Shown in pieces: positions 26,101 through 38,100 of a DNA stretch of 64,000 nucleotides (within the stretch, counting starts at the first letter, position 1; the number at the start of each line of letters is the position of its first letter). The notes below the pieces were generated by a model. It was given only the letters and a program-made list of their open reading frames with translations. It ran no database searches and had not been told where the DNA came from. Both the position numbers and the translations under genes were made by a program. The stretch comes from Mobula hypostoma (lineage: Eukaryota). The DNA is taken from assembly GCF_963921235.1 (NCBI RefSeq), contig NC_086097.1, positions 193,752,001 through 193,816,000 on the forward strand. The letters are read 5' to 3'.

Positions 26101-29100
26101 GGTGTAGCATTTGTTTCACTTGCAAGGATAAGTGTCAGGAGGGAGATCAGTGGGGAAGGATGAATAGACAAGGGAGTTGTGTAGGGAATGATGCCTGCAG
26201 AAAGTAGTGGGGAGAAAGGATGTGCTTGGTGGTGGAATCCCATTGGAGGTGGCGGAAGTTTTGGTGAATTATGTGCTGGACAGGGAGGCTGGTGGGGTGG
26301 TAGGTGAGGACAAGAGGAACTCTATCCCTAGTAGGGTGGCGGGAGGATGGGGTAAGAGCAGATATGTGTGAAATGGAAGAGATGCAGTTGAAGGCACTAT
26401 TGATGGTGGAGGAAGGGATGCCCTTTTCTTTGAAAAAGGAGGATATCTCTTTTGTTCTAGAATGAAAAGCCTCCTCTTGAGAGCAGATGCAGTGGAGACA
26501 GAGGAATTGAGAGAAGGGGATGGCTTTTTTTTTTACAAGTATCAGGGTGGGATGGGGTATAGTCCAGGTAGCTGTGAGAGTCCTTTGGTTTATAATTGAA
26601 TCTGCCCTCAGCTTTTTTTCTCCAGTCCTGCCGAAGGGTTTCGGCCCAAAACATCAACTGTGCTTTTTTTCCATAGATCCTCCTGGCCTGCTGAGTTCCT
26701 TCAGCATTTTGTGTGTGTTATTGAGTACCTGCTACAGTTCTTAAAATGAATACAAAAATTACATAAAGCACACCTGTAACAGTTACTTCTATTTCTTTTT
26801 TATTAAAATATGGCATTTTCACCCTTAAAGACTCTAAAATAATTTCCCTAAACAAATGTTTGGTTAACCAATATGTGCATTATTTATGTTAACTCTGTCT
26901 TCTTTTTAAAAAGGGTGCCACAATGGCATTGTTCCAGTCGCAAATTTGCATCCATACATTACCAAAATGTAAAAATCTAATTCTTTGATTTCTCCCTTTT
27001 CTGATTCTGAAATTAAATTCCAGTGAAGTCAATGGAACTAACTTTCATATACAATGTACGAAGCTGTTTCGTGTGATTGAAACAAAGGTGTACAGGCTTT
27101 TATTCCAATGCCATAAAGTATGTGATGATGTTGTTCTACTGCACTATTTCTGGAGTTTTCCAAAAATTTTATATCCTGTTGATAGTTCACTTAAATGGCT
27201 GTGTCAGTGGTGGTAAGATTTGTCCAGACAAATAACAGAGTGGTCTACACAATGTATCAGAGTAAAATATCTAGTGTCCCGATGGTGCACTAATGTTTCA
27301 AATCTTGAACATTCAATTCCATGTGAAACTACAAATATTTCTCACAATTAGATAGATGATTTAAATTTCCTGTACTTGGTATGTTGTGCAGAACAATTGG
27401 CACAATTCTAAAGCATGGTTAACTTAGAAATGTAAAACAGCCCTTGTAAGTTGAAGCTATGTCATTTTCCCACAACAATGGAAGAAAGCAGAATCTGTGC
27501 ACTCAGCCTCCTACAGCTAATAAAAAGTATCTCCATTGTTTTGGAACCAGGCAACCTGATTTAGTGGCTGCTCTTGTTGTGAGAGGTTTGTCGTTGCACT
27601 CAAATGAAGCTTCATTATTAGCTTTATTAAGCTCCATTAATTAGACAAGAGGAATTAAGCATGCTCTTAATTTTAATGAAATACAGTATGCTCTCAACTT
27701 TTAATGAGGAGAAAGCTGTATTATGATAGAAACCTGGCTTAGCTTTGCTGTTCACCATTGGTTAATATCCTGCTGAAATCACGCACCATGACCAAATTTT
27801 CTGTGATTGACATTCAGACTGGAAGTGTATTTGTCAAAGATGTCCAGTGTCAGTGAGAAGATTCTGTCATGTACGTTTAACACGAGGGAGGAATTGTAGG
27901 CAATTCGTCCACACTGACTAAAAAGATCAGTATATGCCGTCCTCCTTTCTCACTTACCTTCTCCAACCCATTTAAGAAGCACTTAGGCACCTGAACGGGA
28001 AGGAATGAAAGTAGATGGACTCATTTGAATTGGCATCATGGTTTTTACAGACATCGTCGGCTGAATAACTGTTCTATGTGCCTCATCATTCTAGACATCC
28101 TCGCCAAAAGAGGAATTAAAGTAAACTTAAATATTCCTGAAACTTGGATATTAGTGACTATAAAAACAAAATTAATTATATTTAATCAAGAGCTCATCTT
28201 GATTCCAAGGATGACATGGGCAAAACTTGTGGACAATGAATCTTACTTTATGGTTCTCTGACAATGAGTAAAACCTTTTGAGAGTTTGAATTCAATAATG
28301 TTCACAAGGGAGGAATACTATTCATATAAGTGGCTTCACTTTGGATAAATGGAGTCTCAGATAAATGGAATAGTAACTCCAGGAAGAGTACTGGCATGAC
28401 AGTACAATCTCCCCTCATTGTTTTAGCATGCACAAATGGAATGGGACTTGCAAGGTAGTTAAAGAAGTACTTTTGTTTTTAGAACCATAAGACTGGTATA
28501 GAAGATTAACAACTATTCATTGAATCACAAGCCAAAATGAAGTGCCACCCTAAGTGAATTGTTTGAAGGGACATTTTGGCAAAAGTTAAACAGCAAATTA
28601 AAAAAATTCAATGCCATACTTGTGAATTTATTGCAGAAAATTTCAGAAGATAGGAAGAATGAAACACATAGTTCAAACCTATATTTTCTTTTTCTATTTT
28701 CTTTCAATTTAGGTGGCTAATATTAAAAAGGAGACATCAATCATCTGGTACAAAGATGATAGAGAGATAATGTTTGATGAGAAGCATGACTTCAAAGATG
28801 GTGTGTGTACTTTATTGGTGCAACAGGTATGGAAAAATGTTCAGGTGCCTTTCTGAGACTTGCACTAATTACACCTGTCAGTAGGAGGCATGGCTTGTTA
28901 TAAGAATAATGGACTGCATTGGTGGAAGAATCAGAGTTGGGAATGTGAACAAAGGGTTCCCACACAAATGCTCTGGAGTTATTAACACAAATTGCATCTT
29001 CTTTTGTTAATGAGCTCTACAGTCAGATGGTTTGACTAGAAACCAGATTATAAGACCCTGAGATGGGTGGCAAAGTATATGGCTCCTAACCCTGGACCCA

Positions 29101-32100
29101 GAAGGATATTCAGTACCGGGAAACCAGTCACTGATGCAGGGTGATCACAAAGATGACCAATTGTAGGGTTGCAGGAGTGGCCTACTCCTAGTGCCCAGAA
29201 AGAACCCTGCAGTTGGATCTGTCTGTCTATTTCCTGTCCAATCTGTTTAAATCAAAGGTTCGTGGTCTGGAAACCATTTGGGCTGCTTTCTTATACCTAA
29301 GATTTTGAATTGGAGCCTGATGTACTTAATGGCGAACCAGAATTTGGCACCTTGCTGTGGTGGGGATGTGTGGACAGAAGTGTTGCAAGATTATTTGCAT
29401 CCATGCAAAGCTTGTGGTGGGTGGGGCAGTTAGAATGATCAATTAAAGGTTAATCAGCATTTGTGTAATTCAGCAAATTTGAAGTCAGAGTCTGATGCCA
29501 TTTAGGGTCAGAGGCCAAGAGTCATGACCTGTGCTGATTGGAGGTTGAAAGGTTGGGCAGTAAGTTTTATGCCTTCAACAGGATGCTAGGGTTGATTGTA
29601 GACTTGGGGGTCAGAGCCAATCAGGAATTCAATAGGTTCAATAAGTGCATTTAATGTCAGAGAAATGTTTACAATATACATTCTGAAATTCTTTTTCTTC
29701 ATAAGCATCCATGAAAACAGAAGAGTGCCCCAAAGAATGAATGACAGTTAAATGTTAGAACCCCAAAGCTTCTCCCCAGCTCCCCCTTCCCATGCACAAG
29801 CAACAGCAAGGCAATGACCCCCCCCCCCGCCTTCCCCACCAGCAAAAAAGCATCGGCATCCTCCACTAAGCACTCAAGCGTGCAGCAAAGCATCAATAAA
29901 GACACAGACTTACAGTACCCCAAAGACTACTCATTCACCCGATAATTCAACATACCACAGGCTTTCTCTCTCCCTAATAAAGGAAAAAGAGGTGCCCCTG
30001 TTTCACAGCGAGAGGGGAGACATAACAAACTGATTTATGGTGTTAAAAGTCTGTTGCATTGCTTTTTCCGAGCTCTGTGCCCAGAGAGTCAGCCCCAGAA
30101 AGGCTCATGTCTCTGGACACATATCCTACAGTAGCTAACCCATTGCTCCTGATGTTCCATGTTCTCCTGTGATGCCTCAGTCAGGAACACCAGCCTAGAA
30201 TCAGCCCATATCCAGAGCCACAAAAATCTGGCACCCAGAAGGCATGCTCATCTTCCAGTCCGTGTCCTTGGGATATCAAAAAGTGGCCGGTCCTGAGGCC
30301 CTGAGAGTGGGTCCCATTCCCCCAAAGAACCAAAGTCAGAGTGTAACTCCAGGTCCGGATCTTCAAAAGAACCTTGAAAAGGCAACAAAAAGAGATATCA
30401 AAGATAAAAGTAGAGCTGTTTCCGAAGATGCAAGCAAAGGGTTCACTGTTTAGCTCCATCATAACTTCTCTTCACCCCTCTGAAGTATGTGTAGGGATTC
30501 AGGCCAATGACAACTTTTGGGTGAGAATGGCGGGAGAATAGATTTTGTACTAGTGAGAAGGGATAGTTGGCATGTATGGAGGTTCATGTAGATGAGACAA
30601 ATGATGTCGTTGCTGTGAAAGCCTGGTTGTCCCTGGATTAGTCAATGTTCAGTGCTCCCAGGATAATGCACTAATTTCCCATCAGGAATGTTGCATAGGG
30701 AATTCCGTAATTTGACACACCTCTGATGTAAAAATCACATCAGGTATCTAATAGTGAATAACAACTATAAATGCTTTGTTGAATTTTAAGGGTGGAGAGA
30801 CCCAACCCGAAAGAGTACACAATCACATTACACCAGACAAAAAAAAATGTACTGCTAAATTGTGCCAAGCATCCCAGTCGGAACAGATCTACATGTGAAA
30901 GAGCAGCTGCAACCTGAGGAGGAAAGCGGTTTTTCTAATTGATGTCAAAGGAACCACATTTTGAATTATGGAATCAAAACTGAGAGAGAAAATATCTCCG
31001 TCTTGTTTCTATAATTCAAAAGACAATCAAAGAACGCATCTGGAACATTAGTACTTTGAACTGCCTCACCACAATACAAAATAGCAGATGTTTGATCTGC
31101 TCATCCATAATTCATCATTAAAGTTACCACACCAAGAAATCTAATATAAACTGCACAAGAGTTTATATGTAAAATATGTGGATTCCTGTTAATTGGGGCA
31201 GCCACTTATTTGGGGCAACTCTGAAAGAATAACAACTAATCAAGAAAATAACCGGGATTCCCTAAGTTTATTTGGGATACAATGCTGCTTAAATAGGACA
31301 GGAGACTGTTGACAAATAATTTCTAGCTAGTGTCTGTTGTATGCACTTTTGCAACCGTTACACAGTACACTGTGGTTAAAGCAAACAGTTTTTAAATAGC
31401 ATCAGTTGTATGTGTTTGTGTTCAAAAATCAACTGTTTTTGTCAGTGATAGTTGGTGAAAAATAAGCAGTAGGCTAATTAAGAGCTATTTGAAGGTATCA
31501 ACAATCATCTTAAATGTTATAATGGAAATGAAGATTTGGAGGATGCAATCATTGAAAGCTGTATGAAGGCAGTCTTTTGATTGATGGTAAATGAACTAAA
31601 TGTCTATGTTGATTTTGTTCATTTACCATCAATCTAAAGAACACGGCAGCATACTCTGGATGAATTCCTCCATTAATGATGATAAGAACTAATACAGTTT
31701 TATAGTAGTGTCCTAATTTGTTCAGTATTTCATTTAAATACAGAATTTGTTACTCAAATGGTAGTTTTTTTTATATAGCTTTTTAACTATTTCAATGAAA
31801 TTTCAGCTAATTTTGGTAGCTGCTTAACTGGGCCAAAATGTCCAAGTCCTGATGTGTCCCAATTAACTGGAAACCACTGTATTATGGTCCAAAAAAGGCC
31901 ACTTTTTCAAACAGCTGCTGACAATTTAAGGATATGATAAACATAAATAGCTGTATTTGATGCAGTATTCTGATTTAATATTTGCCAATAGTTTTCAAAG
32001 AAGGATGCTGGTACTTATGAACTTGTGCTGAAAGATGACAGAGGAAGAGATTCAAGTTTCCTCCGTCTGCTTGAGAAAGGTATGGTGTTCAGACATTAAC

Positions 32101-35100
32101 AAAGGGAATAATTTTACATGGGTGAAAATGACAAATTGGGTATAAGTAAGGTTGAAATCAAGGGCAATACTGAATGTGTTAGGATTACAATTCCCAGATG
32201 CCAACCTGTAGGTCTTGTGGACATGTTACAAATGTAAATATTTTAATAAAACAGTTGACCTCTAGGTTAATTTGCTTTATAGGGTTTTCATGGCTGACCT
32301 GGAAAACCCAGTAGCAGGGATGCTTTCCCTCCAGTCTCACCCACCTCAGACTACAATCACATTAAATGCATCCAACGTTGGGAATCAGGTTGTACCCCAA
32401 GATCTCCCTCTCTTATGAACGTGGAGTAGACGATCAACAGAATGAAGATCAAACAGTATTGATTTTGGAGCCTTTTCTAAGGCCTCCCTTCCCAACTAGA
32501 TGGCATCTAGGTTGATTGTTAGCTAAGGAATTACCTGGTAGAAACCTCACACTTCATGGAGTATAATCTGAAGTATATGACCACAGCTTTTAGAATGGTT
32601 ATTAACCTAAGGAAGTGCAGCCTAGATTTTTGGATTTTCTGCCTGAAACTCATTGAACCACATGACAACACAGACCACCTTCAAAGGAAATCCCCTGCAA
32701 GACTTAGAATCATCACAGCCTGGCCCAAACTATGTCCTCAACCTCCCAAATATGCAGACAGCACTCCCCATATTTACCCACTATTCTTAATACTCAAACA
32801 TGACCTTCAAAGTCTACATTTCTCCATGACTTTAGCTTTCATGTGATCCCACAGACTCCTATTATGGCTTGCTTTTCACAAACTACCCAAACCCCTCTAT
32901 TAGGACCACAATGGAGAAATTCATGAGAGAAAGACTTTTTGTGTATTTAACTGTGCAAGTTCAATTCAATGCTGCATAACTTATGACTGTACCTTTGTAA
33001 CTATGGAAGAATGTAGCTATCACCGAACTCCACCAACTATTTACTGTAAATGCTTCAAAATATCTGCAGTCCCTTAATTCTGTTTCTTTAGGAACTTCAA
33101 TTGCTTCTCCAAAGTTACCTTTAGGAAAGGAATTGTCAATGTTTTGGATCAAAATCCTGCAACAGGCCTGATGCAGGGTTTTGTCCAAAACATAGACCAT
33201 TCCTTTCTTCCCACAGATGCTGTTCTACCTGTTGACTTCCTCCACTCAGTTTTTTTTTACTTCCTTTAAAACCTGTTTTTTTAACTGAGCCATTGGTCAT
33301 GCCCCCTAATGTTTCCTTATTACTCAGCATCAACTTTTGTTTGATCATGCTCCTGTGATATTCTGTATACAGTAATATTTAGCTGTTTTTGTGTTTTAGA
33401 TGTTAAGGGATCCTAAAAATATAGGGTGTAACACAAATGGAGGCCTAGATTATTCCAGGTATAACCATACAAAATTGTGGACTCCCTAAAGAATCAATAA
33501 AAACTGAAGGTGTTGGATTTCCTAAACAAAAGCAGCAAATTCCAGAAACACTTATTCAGTTAAACAGAATTCACATTGATAAAAGGCCTTAGACATAGAA
33601 TTGACAGAAGTTTCCAGAATGGAAACGTTAACTCTTTCTCTCCATTAAGCTACTGCCCACTGTAACACTCTGGATTTTCTGGTGTCCAACCATTTTAATT
33701 CAGCTTCTCATTCCCATACTGACTTGTCTGTTCAAAGTCTCTTCTACCGCCAAGTTGAGACTAGATACAGATAAGAGCAATGGCACATAATATCTGTTTA
33801 GTGGTCTCCAACCTGAAAGTATCAACTTTGACTTCTCTAACTTTCAGTAGCCACTTCAACCTGTTTTCCCCTCCCCCTCTTGTTTTCCTTATCCCACTGG
33901 CCCTATCACATCTTCTCTTTCCCCTCCCGCATCCTCTCCATTTGCCCATCACCCACACCTTCTTCCCTCTAGTGCCTCAACTCCTTTCCTTTATTCCTTG
34001 ATCCACTGTCCTCACCTGTCAGTCTCCAACTTCAGCTCTGTCACTTCCACCTATCACCTGCCAGCTTCTTATATCATTCCCATTCTCCCCCTTCCCTATT
34101 TGCCTATCTTCCCCATCTAACATGGATTCACCTATCACCTGCCAGCTCTTGCTGCGTTACCCCTTCCATCCTTTTAGAATGGTTCTCATCCCTTCTTTCT
34201 AGTCCTGATGAAAAGTCTCAACCTGAAACATTTTCCTCCATTGATGCTGTCTAATTCACTGAGTTCCTCCAACATTTTGTGTGTAACTTTTATTGGCTTG
34301 ACCTCCTGAGTGTTTCCAGCATTTTCCTTTTAGTTTCAGGCTCTCTCAAGAAACAGACCACATAACAAAAAAACGGGGCTTTGGTCTGGTATTTAAGGGA
34401 ATATGAAACAATAAAATATTAATTGCAAGTGATGCATAAAAATAGTTCTACAGGCGTTCACTACTCTGGTCAATGGTACCCTTATGCCCTGCATCACACT
34501 TGAATTGCCAATTTTGGGTAATTAGCTCGTATATAACAAACCTGTATTGCAATTGGTTACTTATATTAACCAGATTTTAACAGTAACCAGCACCTTAGTA
34601 AAGAGTTATTATCAAGAGATATTATCAAGACCCAGCATGTGAAGCAAAATTTATTACTTTATCATTCACTTTGTGACTGAAATTGTGTAATCTAAGGTAA
34701 TTGTTATGGACATATCATGATACCTACATTTAATCTTAAATTTTTCAGCTTTCAGTGATGTGATAAGTGAAGTTTGTCGTATGGCTGGTGAGTTTTTTGA
34801 GAACGCTGTACAGATTTCTCTCTTTTCCAGATTGTCATTAATTGTTAAAGAAACTGAGGGTTTATTTGTTAACTTTGTAGCTCTGACTGCAACTGATGTG
34901 AAGGTACAGAGTACAGAGCATGGTATCAGACTGTACTCCTTTGTTTCTTACTACCTGGAGGATTTGAAGACCATGTGGTACCACAAGTAAGAAATCACAT
35001 TTAGTACATTTAGCACCAGAAGGCTGTAAGCTTTGCAGATTGGATGGCTGACCATGTTCAGTTTGCTAACTGCAGCTTCCAGCCAGTATGTGGCCATTCA

Positions 35101-38100
35101 AATTTTCCATTTGTATTCAATTTTTAACAGATAAGCACAAAAAGTATTAAGTTTATTGCCTGCTCTTTGAACTGGCTTTTTGTTACATCAGTGGGGAACA
35201 GAATAAAATATGTAACCTAAAGTTGAGAATGCTTTTAATATGCTTATTTTCTCTCTGCAGGGATACAAAACTAGCATCCACAGACAGAGTGAAGAGTGGC
35301 ATTACAGGCGAGCAGATCTGGCTGCAGATTAATGAGCCCACTGAGAAAGATCAGGGAAAATATACAATGGAACTCTTTGATGGAAAAGAAGGTCACAAAA
35401 AATCAGTTGAATTAACTGGAACTGGTAAGAGTGACAGAAAACTTCTGTGCAGACTGATTTTGATATTGTAATGATATGCTGCTTCTGATCCATTTTCTTG
35501 CTGACAGCCACCAGAATCTTTAAGGGAGACCTTACCAGAGCAGATTTGGAGCAACCTTCCCCAGGGCCTCATCTCAGCTGTTATTTGTACATTGTTGGCA
35601 GGCATCTGCATCATCTATTATTCCAATGAGGTCTTCTCAGATGAATTGGAACAATTTAGCAAATTACCCAACTTACATAATATTTGAAAGTGAGGATTGT
35701 ACTTAACAGGCACTAGCTCATACCTATCCTGTTATTTTATTTAATTGACCCTGGACGCCGGGATTTTTGAAATGGATCTTATTATTATGATCCCAGGTAT
35801 CATCAAGTCTGAGGTAAAATGAAAACAAGACACTTCATGATAGACTGTTATATATTTCCTTTCTGTGACATGTTTTGCAGATAAAAGTTATATTTGTTCC
35901 AATCTTAGCAACATTTCTAAAGAAAATGTTTTCATAAGAAAATGTACTGTGGTATATTGCCAGGTAAACATGTTATTCTATATGATGCAGAGTCTTACTC
36001 TGTAGGTTTGGAACTGAGCTTTAACAGGAAAAAAGTTTTTTTTAAGGAAGCCTCTGGTTCCTGTTATAATTGGCCAGGAGTCTGTAGTGTATTGACTGCC
36101 AAGGTAGGTTAAAAGAAAATTCCTTTATTCCCAGTGAAGTCATTTACCTTCATATCTTAAAAGAACTTTTAAGAATAAAATCTATTAACAAGTGTAACAT
36201 GAAAACTAACTAGATGAACAGATTTTTTTCATACAAATGCATTTACTCAATTCATAATTTTAAAGTGGAAAACAAACTGGAATCATTTCAACTACTGATT
36301 ATGAACAGTAACGAAAAATGCCTTGTGTCAAGAAGCAACAAGAATATAATAGACATTGAACGATGATTTCTGAAATTGTTTCCTGGGTGATGGTTAAATT
36401 TTAAACGTTGTCATCTAAGTGGTACCTTTCAGGAACCCCAATCTCAGAATGTACCAATGCATTAAACTAATGGCATACAGTTTATCCTGGATGAAGTATT
36501 TTCATGAGAGTATATTTTATTTGCAATAATATTAAAATATTTTAATTATTTCTGTTGGGGGATATGTAATTGATTCCAACAAGCACAGCACAACTCTGGA
36601 GTTCTTAATCAATTTTGGTTTGTTGGAGGTAGAACCCTTTGTTGATTCCTGTACACCACATATTGTCCCATGCATTACAAATTCCTGAACATACAAGACC
36701 TATTAACATATATTATGGAATGAAGACTTTAGATCCAGGATTTGACAATTTAGACACCTGAGTTTCCTTTATCATTTTGTGGACATTGTTACACTAAAGC
36801 CCGTTCCTTCATTTAGATCCCTCTATACTTTAGCTCAGACCAAGAAAAGAGCCTGTTTCGAGACCTCTCTAGCCAGCTGCATTACAAAAGAAGCTTCAAA
36901 GGAGTATTCATTTAACAAAGATGTCTTTAGATTCAATTTGGTTTATTCCACTTACTCTACATTTCACATTAAGGGTGGGAAAGAAGTTATAACTTTGAAT
37001 TTCATAATATTTTGTGCAGTGCTGCAGAACTTGACAGAATTTCTTTTTTAAATAGAAAATGAGAGAGAAGAACAATAACTGAAATGCCACAACAGTAGCA
37101 ATAATAATGTAAACATTTGGTGTGATTTTCATCCTGTTGCAGCTTGTCTGAATAAACAGAATGTGAAAAATTATCAGTTTCCATTGGCATCTACTGATCT
37201 TGAATGCCACTTTTGGGAGGAAATTGTAAATTTATTTTGTTGCAGTGTTTTCAGTACATGCAGCTGCTGTACTAATTGATACTCATTGTACCACCACTGT
37301 TTCTTTTCTTCTTGAAAGTATTTGAAGAAGCATTTGCAGAATTCCAGAGGCTGAAGTAAGTACTGCAATTTTATTAAGTGCTTCATTTGTGCATTTTTAA
37401 TGTTTTCTTTCTGTTCAGCTACCCTTGCTGGAATGTAAATCCACTGCTGCAGATTTTTTGCACTGTTTTGTCGATTTACCTGTTTTTTAAATGCATGGCA
37501 GGTGTATACATTATGTGCACTTTCACACTGTCAGCTGTGCTTTAATTGGTACCACTCTCATGGGAATGTCTTGCTCTAGGAAAATGAAATCCAGGGAGAT
37601 ATTCCAGTGCAGTTGCTAGAAGGTGGTACATTGTGGATGAAATTTTAAAATTAGGTTTGAAAGGTGTCATGGCATTACTTTGAAGGAGAAGAAAGTAGTT
37701 ATGCCTTGCTAGTATTTAATCACAATTGAATATTAGTAAAACAGTTATATGTGATTATCTGCATTTTTATTCTATATCTGTGATCATAAAACCATTATCT
37801 ATGAGCAGATAACTTTGCTGCTTATCACAGCATGCAAGTTACTTGCCACATTTTCATCAATACAACAGTAACAATGATTGGAAAATTAATTGATTTGCTA
37901 TACTGAATGCATGTTGTGGGGATTTCTAGAGGACTTAAAGCACTTTTTAAATACACTTTTTTTTCCTTGAGGTGAAAATGCACATGGGGTTTGACTACAC
38001 ATCTGTCCTTTTTTAATAAAGAGGCTACCACATTAATCTCTTACATTTTCCTTTTAAATTTTCCTTCAGTATCTATTATGTCTGTATGTGGGGATGCAAC

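Noticed and set aside
34815..34830. Strong-looking cryptic acceptor tttctctcttttccag inside the 93-nt intron
   Set aside because: It would leave a 43-nt intron, too short for vertebrate splicing, and would shift the frame.
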